From the NCBI GenBank assembly GCA_020831935.1, contig JAFIFR010000001.1:1-47759 (forward strand): a DNA stretch of 47,759 nucleotides, read 5' to 3'. The position numbers and the translations under genes were made by a program. This DNA is from Alkalimonas sp. (GTDB lineage: Bacteria > Pseudomonadota > Gammaproteobacteria > Enterobacterales > Alteromonadaceae). The first letter of the stretch is position 1. Every line of letters starts with the position of its first letter. Positions 21,136-28,978 of this stretch are shown piece after piece. The notes beneath the pieces were generated by a model. It made no database searches. It saw only the letters and a program-made list of their open reading frames with translations, and was not told the DNA's origin.

Positions 21136-22032
21136 ATGATTGAGTTAAAGCATTTAAAAGCAGTGCAAGCGCTTAGAGACTCCGGCTCGGTGAGTGGCGC
21201 TGCCACGCTGCTTTGTATCACCCAATCGGCTTTATCGCATCAACTCAAAGAGCTGGAGCATCGGATTGGGTGCAGCTTGTTTGAGCGTAAAACGGAGCCT
21301 TTAAAATTCTTGCCGGCGGGTGTGCTGCTGCTTGAGTTAGCCGAAAAGGTTTTGCCCGCTGTGCGGCAGGCTGAACAAGACCTTAAGTGCGATAAGGCGG
21401 TAACGAAACAACCGATCCGTTTTTGTGTGGAGTGCCATGCCTGCTATCACTGGTTGCTGCCTGCGTTGAAAGCATTTCAGGCGCAGGAGGATGGTTATGA
21501 GCTGGACCTGACGGCCAGTATTGAGCATCAGGCGGTTGAGGGCATGGTTCGCAATGAGCTGGACCTGGTGGTGACCAGCGATCAGCGTTTGCTGCCTCAG
21601 GTCCACTACCATTATTTGTATCCGATGGAATTGCGCTTGCTGGTGAGCCCGGATCATCCACTGGCCAAGGCTGCTTTCGTAAAGCCGGAAGACCTGGGAC
21701 GGGAAACTCTATTCAGTTATCCGGTACCAGCACAACGGCAAGATGTGTTTCGCTTTTTTCTGGCAGAGCAGCCGTTTCAGGGGCGACTGAAAACGGTGGC
21801 ACAGGGCAGCCAGATGGTGCAGCAGGTGGCTGCTGCTCAAGGGGTAGCCGTTTTGCCATCCTGGATGGCAGAGCCTTATGCTGGCCAAGGCTTGTTAGTC
21901 TCTTTGCCGCTGGGTGAGGCGGGACTCTGGCGACCGATGTATCTGGCCTGGCGTCAGCAAGACGCATCGGCGGATGCCTATCAGCGGTTAGCCGACCTGT
22001 TGCAGCACCATTTGCCACAACAGGACCATTAA
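21136..22032 (+). CDS. metR: LysR-family methionine regulator MetR
   Basis: MIELKHLK...TQSALSHQ, VECHACYHWLLP, DLVVTSD, GLWRPMY; MetJ boxes directly upstream. Confidence 0.88.
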   Translation: MIELKHLKAVQALRDSGSVSGAATLLCITQSALSHQLKELEHRIGCSLFERKTEPLKFLPAGVLLLELAEKVLPAVRQAEQDLKCDKAVTKQPIRFCVECHACYHWLLPALKAFQAQEDGYELDLTASIEHQAVEGMVRNELDLVVTSDQRLLPQVHYHYLYPMELRLLVSPDHPLAKAAFVKPEDLGRETLFSYPVPAQRQDVFRFFLAEQPFQGRLKTVAQGSQMVQQVAAAQGVAVLPSWMAEPYAGQGLLVSLPLGEAGLWRPMYLAWRQQDASADAYQRLADLLQHHLPQQDH

Positions 22033-22041
22033 GTCAGAAGC

Positions 22042-23355
22042 TTACAAACGTTGTGCCCAGAGATCATAAGCATCGGTGCGGGTGACTTCGACCGCTACCA
22101 GCATGCCTGGCTGCAGATCGGTGGCATCATCCAGGTAAACCACGCCATCAATTTCCGGTGCATCGGCAGCACTGCGACCAACTGCCCCTTGATCGTTTAC
22201 CTCATCAATCAGGATGGTCAGTTGTTTGCCGACTTTCCGCTCTAAGCGCGCGGCGCTGATTGCCTGTTGGGTTTGCATAAAACGATGAAAACGTTCTTCT
22301 TTCACATCTTCAGGAACCGGATCGGGCAGTTCATTGGCTTTGGCACCCTCAACCGGGCTGTACTTGAAGCAACCCACCCGATCAAGTTGTGCTTCTTGCA
22401 GCCAGTCGAGCAGCAACTGGAAATCTTCTTCAGTTTCGCCTGGAAAACCGACAATGAAGGTGGAACGAATGGTTAGGTCCGGACAGATTTCCCGCCATGC
22501 TTTGATCCGCTCCAGGGTTCGCTCGGCCTGGCCTGGTCGTTTCATCAATTTCAACATACGCGGGCTGGCGTGTTGAAAAGGAATGTCCAGATAAGGCAAT
22601 AACTTGCCTTCAGCCATCAGTGGAATCACCTTGTCCACATGCGGGTAGGGGTAAACGTAATGCAACCGCACCCAGATCCCCAGCTCCGTCAAAGCCTGAC
22701 ACAGTGCTAGCATATCGGTTTTCACTGGCTGACCATTCCAAAAGCCGGTGCGGTGTTTGGTGTCGACACCATAGGCGCTGGTATCTTGTGAAATCACCAG
22801 CAGTTCTTTGACGCCGGCATTTTTTAAGCGCTGAGCTTCATCCAGGACTTCACCAATGGGGCGGCTGACCAGATCGCCACGCATCGATGGAATGATGCAG
22901 AAGGTGCAACGATGATTGCAGCCCTCAGAAATTTTTAAGTAAGCATAATGCCGAGGCGTCAGTTTCACGCCTTGATCTGGTACCAGCATGGTAAAGGGGT
23001 CGTACTTGGGCTTGGGGATAAAGCTGTGCACTTGCTGCAATACGTTTTCATAGGCATGAGGGCCGGTGATCCCCAACACATTAGGGTGAACCTGGCGGAT
23101 TTCATCTTCCCGCGCGCCAAGGCAGCCGGTGACAATCACTTTGCCGTTCTCGGCCAGGGCTTCACCGATGGTATCCAGCGATTCCTGCACCGCACTGTCG
23201 ATAAAACCACAGGTGTTCACGATCACCAGCTCTGCATCCTGATAGGTTGGGACTATCTGGTAACCATCGCTTTTTAGTTGCGTCAGGATGCGCTCTGAAT
23301 CTACCAGGTTTTTCGGGCAGCCTAAACTGACAAATCCGACTTTGGGCTGTGACAT
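22042..23355 (-). CDS. rimO: Ribosomal protein S12 methylthiotransferase
   Basis: [21 protein letters not shown], radical-SAM motif [11 protein letters not shown], and a TRAM domain with DAPEIDG. Confidence 0.98.
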   Translation of the reverse strand: MSQPKVGFVSLGCPKNLVDSERILTQLKSDGYQIVPTYQDAELVIVNTCGFIDSAVQESLDTIGEALAENGKVIVTGCLGAREDEIRQVHPNVLGITGPHAYENVLQQVHSFIPKPKYDPFTMLVPDQGVKLTPRHYAYLKISEGCNHRCTFCIIPSMRGDLVSRPIGEVLDEAQRLKNAGVKELLVISQDTSAYGVDTKHRTGFWNGQPVKTDMLALCQALTELGIWVRLHYVYPYPHVDKVIPLMAEGKLLPYLDIPFQHASPRMLKLMKRPGQAERTLERIKAWREICPDLTIRSTFIVGFPGETEEDFQLLLDWLQEAQLDRVGCFKYSPVEGAKANELPDPVPEDVKEERFHRFMQTQQAISAARLERKVGKQLTILIDEVNDQGAVGRSAADAPEIDGVVYLDDATDLQPGMLVAVEVTRTDAYDLWAQRL

Positions 23356-23554
23356 GAACTTGTACCATCAAAACAAAAGGGGGCGTATTTTACTTGAAAG
23401 CTGACGGAACCGCCAGTCAGCGGCATGGATTGATTTTGCTCACTTTGTTCATGTTTTGCATGGCTTTCATGGCTCGGAGGGCTATAATCACTTCATAACT
23501 ATCTTTGACTGGCCCCTGTTTGTGTGTCAGACCGTCCTCAGGAATTGACCAGCT

Positions 23555-25210
23555 ATGGAAAAAGCGGATTTAAGCAATCTGGAGTCTCTAAAAGTTCTGA
23601 TTGTGGATGATCAATACCTGGTGCATAACTTACTGAAGTCCACTTTTGATGAGCTGGGGATTCGTCATATCAAGTACGCTGAAAATGCCTATTATGCACT
23701 GCGGCTGTGTGAGCAGCAGCGTTTTCATATTGTTATTTGCGCTTTTAACGTTAAAAGCGACAAAGATGGCTTTCATTTGTTGGAAGAGCTCAAGTTTAAA
23801 GGCCACGTTAATAAACGCACGGTGCTGATTTTTTTAAGCGCCGAGACCGATGAAAGCCTGGTCAATAGCATTGTCGAATTGCAACCAGATGATTTTTGGG
23901 TCAAGCCTCTCGATAGTGCAAGGGTCAAACAACGCCTACCTCAGGTTCTCAACATTAAGCGCACTTTGTTTGATGTGTTTGAAGCTATTGATTTAAAAAA
24001 TTATAGTAAAGCCATCTACTTAGCCGACCGGCATCTGCTGAACCCTCAGCTTGCTCGTTTTCACTTGCAGCTTATGCGCATCAAAGGGGAAGCTTTGCTG
24101 AAGTTGCTTGAGTTTGAGGAGGCGGAGCGCTTTTACCAGCAACTGATGCAAAAACATCAGATGTCCTGGATGTACCTCGGTTATGTCACTGCGCTGCTAA
24201 AACAAGACAAAATGCAGCAGATTGAACAGCTATTGGCGGAGATGACCGACAGAGTCGACACCCGTTTCGCGACCTATGATTTATTGGCGCAGTATTACAT
24301 TGAGCAGCAAGACTTTGATAAAGCCTACGAAGAAATCAAAAAAGCGGTTGCGCTCTCTCCACGCAACATTGAGCGCAATAAAAAGGTCTGGGACTTAGCC
24401 CGACTGACGCATGATTTTGAAGGCCAGTACCTGGCAACACAAGCCATGGCGAAACACGCGAAAAACTCCTTGCACGATTCGCCTGTATTGGCTTTGAATG
24501 TGATTCGCGCCGGCCTGGACTTGGCTCAAACGCTTAACAATGAGCGCTCTAAAAAAATACTGCAACAAACCGACAAGCAGATTCAGTCGCTGGAAAAAGA
24601 CTACAAAGAAGCGGCCTTATTCAAAGAGCAGATCACCATTGCTAAAGCTCGGTTATTCCTGGCTACCGATGAACGAAAGAAAGCCGAGAGCCTGGTTGAT
24701 TTGCATGTGTCGGTTCGACCTATCGTATCGCTGGATGATAATTTGGATAAGGCCAAAATCTTTCATGAACTGGGGCGGCGGGAAGAGGCTGCGTTGATCA
24801 TGGATGCCGTGAAAAAGCAAATTTCGTCCGATAATCTGGCCGGCCTGGTGGTTAAAAAGTACGTCGAGCAGGAGTGTGACGAGCAAGAGCGGGTGCATTT
24901 TACGCCCAAGCAGTTACAAAGCATGGCGATTGAGTTTTTTAAAAAGAAAAAATACGGTGCTGCTTTGTCAGCGCTGGAGCAGGCAATGGAGCTCACGCCG
25001 AAAAATAACAAAGTGTCCATCAGCGTGCTGAAAGTATTGACCCTGATTTTTGAGGAGGGAGGCCTGTCGGCCGGACAAAAAGAGTTGGCGCTTCGAACGG
25101 TTTCCTTGCTGGATAAGAATCAGCTCAGCGATGAAGAGCTGCAGGTGGTCGGGCAGTTCAAAGAACGGTTGGCGCCGATTTTGGCGCAGGCCATGCTGCC
25201 GATGGATTAA
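23555..25210 (+). CDS. Atypical response regulator (pseudo-receiver plus TPR repeats)
   Basis: Receiver fold VLIVDD...IVICAFNV...FLSA...FWVKP, followed by TPR-like repeats (AYEEIKKAVALSPRN, ALSALEQAMELTPKN). Confidence 0.88.
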   Translation: MEKADLSNLESLKVLIVDDQYLVHNLLKSTFDELGIRHIKYAENAYYALRLCEQQRFHIVICAFNVKSDKDGFHLLEELKFKGHVNKRTVLIFLSAETDESLVNSIVELQPDDFWVKPLDSARVKQRLPQVLNIKRTLFDVFEAIDLKNYSKAIYLADRHLLNPQLARFHLQLMRIKGEALLKLLEFEEAERFYQQLMQKHQMSWMYLGYVTALLKQDKMQQIEQLLAEMTDRVDTRFATYDLLAQYYIEQQDFDKAYEEIKKAVALSPRNIERNKKVWDLARLTHDFEGQYLATQAMAKHAKNSLHDSPVLALNVIRAGLDLAQTLNNERSKKILQQTDKQIQSLEKDYKEAALFKEQITIAKARLFLATDERKKAESLVDLHVSVRPIVSLDDNLDKAKIFHELGRREEAALIMDAVKKQISSDNLAGLVVKKYVEQECDEQERVHFTPKQLQSMAIEFFKKKKYGAALSALEQAMELTPKNNKVSISVLKVLTLIFEEGGLSAGQKELALRTVSLLDKNQLSDEELQVVGQFKERLAPILAQAMLPMD

Positions 25211-25232
25211 AAAAAGGGGCCACAAGGGCCCC
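25209..25232 (-). terminator. Intrinsic terminator of the TonB-dependent receptor gene
   Basis: Minus strand GGGGCC-cttgt-GGCCCC-TTTTTTT. Confidence 0.8.
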
Positions 25233-25259
25233 AAAGTTACCAGGAAGTGTTGTCTTCGT

Positions 25260-27836
25260 TTAGAAGTTGAAGGTGTATCGGAGGGTGTAGGTCGCGCCCA
25301 GCCAGTCATGCACCGCGCTGGCATAACCATCCGTTGGTGATGACGCATAAGGGGGGTTCTTATCGGTCAGGTTACGTACCGCCAGTTGCACCCGGCCATA
25401 ATCACCAAAGTCATAGCCAGCACTGGCGTTCAACACCAACCAGGAGGAGACGGTCTCATTGCCACCCCAGCGGAAATCGCCATCGCCCATGCTGGCGATG
25501 TAGTTGGCCGTTAAACCCAGGTTCCAGTTGCCATGGCGCCAGTCTGTGCCAAAATCAGCGACCAGATCAGGACGCGCAATTTCATTGGCACCGCTTAAAC
25601 GCCCCAGCAAGTCTTGTGGCGGAGTGTCTGGTGTGATTTGGCGTTCATAGCTAAAGGTTTTGGTGGCATTGGCAAAGAAATTAAACTGACCATGTTGCTG
25701 GGTTGTCAGCCGGTAGTTCAGTTTGACATCCAGACCGTCGGTTTTTTGTTGGCCGACGTTAAAGAAGCCGGTGCGCAAGAACACCAGATCACCCTCGCTA
25801 CTGACGACACAGCCAAAGCCTGGCAAGTCGGCTTCATTGGTGACGGTTGGGGCGCTGCCACTTAAGCAGTTACGCAAGGTGGTGTTGGCGTCGACATCCA
25901 CAATGTCTTTATGGTCATAGCGCCAGTAATCTGCTGTGAATTGCAGGTTGTCGGTCAGGTTCCAGGAGAAACCAATGTTGATGGCTTCGGAGCTTTCAGC
26001 CCCCAGCTCTGGGTTGCCGCGGGTTTCTTGATCAAAGCTGACTTCATCATCGAAGCTGCCACAGAGCGCATCAAACTCTTCGCCTGGTCCGCAGTTGATG
26101 TAGCCTGTTGCCAGTGCCCGGCCCGCACCCAATTGAGACAGCGATGGGGCTCTGAAGCCGGTGCTCCAGGAAGCGCGCAGGATGAGAGCATCGGTGGCTC
26201 GCCAGCGCAGCGACAGCTTTGGATTGACATCGCCACCAAAATCGCTGTAGTGATCGTACCGAATGGCGGCAACCGCATCAATGTCATCGGTCAGTGGCAG
26301 GTTAAACTCGCCATAAAGCGCATACTGCGTCCGATCAGCTTGTGCATCGCGGGCACCCAAACCGTAAACGCCATCGGCCGCGGCAATGGCGGCGGGCGTA
26401 TCTTTAATGTCTTCGGAGCGGAACTCGCCACCAAAGACCGAGCTGACAAAGCCAGCTGGCAGCTCGAACAAGTCACCAGAGATGTTAAAGTCCAGGCTGT
26501 AGGTTTCTGAGCGGCCTCGGCGCGGTGCCAGACTACGAAGATTCGCCAGCGTTGCTTCACTGTTATCGCGACCCAGGTTGAATGGATTAAAACGCTCGTC
26601 GGCGATGGCGTTTAGTACGGCATCGCGATTAAAGTAGCCGCGGATATGGCGCACTTCATTTTCTGTCACGCCATAGGTTGCGGCCGCTTCCCAAAACCAG
26701 TCGCCAGCTTCCCCACGTAAGCCGGTCAGAATGCGGAATGACTCGGTATCATAGGCTTGTTGCCGGCGCTCGGGAAAACGGGTGCGAACGATAATGTCGC
26801 TGTCATTGGGGTTCAGCTCGCGCACATCGTCGGGCACCAGGCTGGAGTCTGGCGCAATGGTCACGGTGTAAGCCGTGGCTGAATCGTAGGCTGAGCCTTT
26901 GTTGCGCTGGTACATGCCCTCAGCAAAGAGTTCCATATTGTTATCCAGCTGCTGTAAGTGGCTTAGAGTGACTCCCAAACGCTCTGACTCGGGCTGAATC
27001 GCGCGTTCCATCACGTAGTCGTAACGGCACTCGGTGCCGCCGCGGACCGTATCATCCCCACACCAGGCTTCCGGGAAGTTTTGGCCATCGATGCCCAGGG
27101 AGGTCCGCAGGGCGAAAGTCACATCAATCGGGCGATCGGCATTGAACAATGCGTTGCGGTCAAAGTAATCGACCACCAGGGTGGTGTTGCTGTTGGCGGT
27201 GTTAAAACCACCGACATAGGTCAGGTTGTAGCGACTGAAGTCGCTGCTTTTGGTATCGTTGCCATACATCAGGGAGATTTCATGGCCTTCGACATCGTCC
27301 CGCAAAATAAAGTTAATGACACCGGCGATGGCATCGGAGCCATAAACGGAAGAGGCACCATCGGTCAGCACTTCGATGCGCTCAATCGCAGACATTGGAA
27401 TGGTATTGACGTTGACAAAAGAATCTGCGCCGTTGGCAAAGGAGTCGACCGCAACACGACGGCCATTGACCAACACTAGGGTAGAGCTGCTGCCTAACCC
27501 GCGCAAGCTGACGCCAGATGAACCAGCCGGCGCACCAGCGGCTGTTGCTGTAGCCCCGTTTTCGCTAAAAGTACCTGCGCTGGCTGCCTGAGGTAAATCC
27601 CGCAGAAAAGCACTGACGCTGTCATAACCGCGGTTGGTTAACTCATCCCGGCTAATAATTTGTACCGGATTGGCACCTTCCATATCGACACCACGCAGGC
27701 GGGAACCTGTAATGGCGATGCGCTCAACATCCTTAGCGGCGGCTTCGTCCTCAATGGCATAAGCGCCCTGGATCCCGAATAGGGCGGTTAGGGTTGCCAG
27801 GGCAACTTTACTAATACCTTTGTTGATGGTTTTCAT
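25260..27836 (-). CDS. TonB-dependent receptor
   Basis: Signal peptide; TonB box ERIAITGSR; plug motifs VSLRGLGSSSTLVLVNGRR, IERIEVLTDGASSVYGSDAIAGVINFI; C-terminal aromatic strand YTFNF. Confidence 0.97.
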   Translation of the reverse strand: MKTINKGISKVALATLTALFGIQGAYAIEDEAAAKDVERIAITGSRLRGVDMEGANPVQIISRDELTNRGYDSVSAFLRDLPQAASAGTFSENGATATAAGAPAGSSGVSLRGLGSSSTLVLVNGRRVAVDSFANGADSFVNVNTIPMSAIERIEVLTDGASSVYGSDAIAGVINFILRDDVEGHEISLMYGNDTKSSDFSRYNLTYVGGFNTANSNTTLVVDYFDRNALFNADRPIDVTFALRTSLGIDGQNFPEAWCGDDTVRGGTECRYDYVMERAIQPESERLGVTLSHLQQLDNNMELFAEGMYQRNKGSAYDSATAYTVTIAPDSSLVPDDVRELNPNDSDIIVRTRFPERRQQAYDTESFRILTGLRGEAGDWFWEAAATYGVTENEVRHIRGYFNRDAVLNAIADERFNPFNLGRDNSEATLANLRSLAPRRGRSETYSLDFNISGDLFELPAGFVSSVFGGEFRSEDIKDTPAAIAAADGVYGLGARDAQADRTQYALYGEFNLPLTDDIDAVAAIRYDHYSDFGGDVNPKLSLRWRATDALILRASWSTGFRAPSLSQLGAGRALATGYINCGPGEEFDALCGSFDDEVSFDQETRGNPELGAESSEAINIGFSWNLTDNLQFTADYWRYDHKDIVDVDANTTLRNCLSGSAPTVTNEADLPGFGCVVSSEGDLVFLRTGFFNVGQQKTDGLDVKLNYRLTTQQHGQFNFFANATKTFSYERQITPDTPPQDLLGRLSGANEIARPDLVADFGTDWRHGNWNLGLTANYIASMGDGDFRWGGNETVSSWLVLNASAGYDFGDYGRVQLAVRNLTDKNPPYASSPTDGYASAVHDWLGATYTLRYTFNF

Positions 27837-28012
27837 GCTTCTTCCTCACTTTGCTTAGGGTTGCCGTAGACGGCAATCTGATTGTAAATAGGTGACATCA
27901 TGGCTGTGCCAAAGCATGAGCAGATGCTGAAATTCAGCAACGGATGCAAGCGAGAGGTGGCGAAGAGCGTCGTGGTAACTTAAGGTAAGTTCAGGCTAAG
28001 ACAATAGACGAC

Positions 28013-28033
28013 ACCGCTGTCTGGCACAGCGGT
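28013..28033 (-). other. 8-bp RNA hairpin just downstream of the uORF stop
   Basis: Minus strand ACCGCTGT-gccag-ACAGCGGT, with no U-tract. Confidence 0.65.
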
Positions 28034-28037
28034 TGGG

Positions 28038-28124
28038 CTAGTTATTGAACCACTCGGATAGGTAGTAAGGGGGTACAAAAGGAGAGTTGCAGTAGCAGCG
28101 ACTTTGCGGTTGCGAAGCAGGCAT
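28038..28124 (-). CDS. Putative 28-aa leader peptide (uORF) of the TonB-dependent receptor: MPASQPQSRCYCNSPFVPPYYLSEWFNN
   Basis: AAGGAG, 7 nt, ATG (28124), open to TAG (28040-28038). Lies downstream of TATAAT and 201 nt upstream of the receptor start on the same strand. Too short for the ORF track. Confidence 0.6.
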   Translation of the reverse strand: MPASQPQSRCYCNSPFVPPYYLSEWFNN

Positions 28125-28157
28125 CGGGCATCTCCTTTTGGTTGATAACTAAACAGG

Positions 28158-28191
28158 ATTATAAGCTCGCTGAAAAGTCGTTGAGTGTCAA
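28158..28191 (-). promoter_or_regulatory. Promoter elements for the uORF-receptor transcript
   Basis: Perfect TATAAT at 28163-28158 and perfect TTGACA at 28191-28186, but 22 nt apart. Confidence 0.5.
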
Positions 28192-28239
28192 CCCTTTTTT
28201 GGAACTAAAGCCTGAGCAGCTCACTGATCGGATTAGTGC

Positions 28240-28288
28240 TTGACAGTTTTTAGGTTCAAACGTACATTTCAAACAGTTGTTTGAAATG
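28240..28288 (+). promoter_or_regulatory. Sigma70 promoter of psrA-fadE with an overlapping PsrA-type operator
   Basis: TTGACA (28240), 17 nt, TACATT (28263). Palindrome CATTTCAAACA-gt-TGTTTGAAATG (28265-28288) fits the PsrA motif CAAAC-N4-GTTTG. Confidence 0.85.
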
Positions 28289-28296
28289 GGGTGGGC

Positions 28297-28968
28297 ATGA
28301 GCCGAGTACAAACACAACAAAAAATTTTGGATGCTGCCGAGGGCTTGTTTGCCGAATCAGGTTTTAATGATACCTCATTGCGGCAAATTACCGGCCGGGC
28401 CGAAGTCAACCTGGCGGCGGTTAACTACCACTTTGGTTCGAAAAAAGCCTTGATCCAGGCGGTGCTGCAGCGCTACTTGCAAGTGGTGATGCCGCGGTTG
28501 GAGCAGCAGTTTGATGCCTTATTGGCACGACAGCAGCCATCGACTTTGTCTGAGGTGCTGGCTGTTTTCGTACAGCCTTTGTTGGAGTTAAAGCAGGTAA
28601 AACCACAGGGAACGACCTTATTCTTGCAACTGCTGGGACGGGGCTATACTGATGTACAGGGACACTTGCGTAAGTTTATCAGCCATCATTATGGCTCGGT
28701 GTTGAATAAGTTCGTGCTGTTGGTGCAGCAATCCTGTCCGTCATTAAGCAATGCAGAAATTTTCTGGCGCTTGCATTTTTCGTTGGGAACCGTGGTTTTT
28801 ACCATGGCATCCAGTGAGGCATTGTTTGATATCGCGGCTGCCGACTACCGGGAGCAAGCGGATATCGCCAGTGTGATCCGCCGGCTGTTGCCATATTTAG
28901 CGGCCGGCATTGCTGCGCCCACCATTGATTCTAAACAACTCGATTTGATGGCTCAGGCCACTTTTTAA
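28297..28968 (+). CDS. psrA: TetR-family regulator, PsrA-like (fatty-acid degradation)
   Basis: ILDAAEGLFAESGF..TSLRQIT..AEVNLAAVNYHFGSKKALIQAV; LLGRGY..QGHLR; FWRLHFSLG; upstream operator; co-transcribed with fadE. Confidence 0.85.
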   Translation: MSRVQTQQKILDAAEGLFAESGFNDTSLRQITGRAEVNLAAVNYHFGSKKALIQAVLQRYLQVVMPRLEQQFDALLARQQPSTLSEVLAVFVQPLLELKQVKPQGTTLFLQLLGRGYTDVQGHLRKFISHHYGSVLNKFVLLVQQSCPSLSNAEIFWRLHFSLGTVVFTMASSEALFDIAAADYREQADIASVIRRLLPYLAAGIAAPTIDSKQLDLMAQATF

Positions 28969-28978
28969 GGATATCACC

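Noticed and set aside
28042-28131. Alternative 29-aa ORF MPDACFATAKSLLLQLSFCTPLLPIRVVQ on the minus strand, in another frame of the receptor leader
   Set aside because: Its ATG directly abuts the AGGAG with zero spacing, so initiation is unlikely. ATG 28124 has 7-nt spacing.
27837-28157. Known riboswitch (cobalamin, TPP, glycine, yybP-ykoY) upstream of the TonB-dependent receptor
   Set aside because: By eye I found no B12 box, no TPP CUGAGA/AGGGA core, and no glycine or yybP signature on the coding strand. An Rfam search would be needed to exclude them formally.
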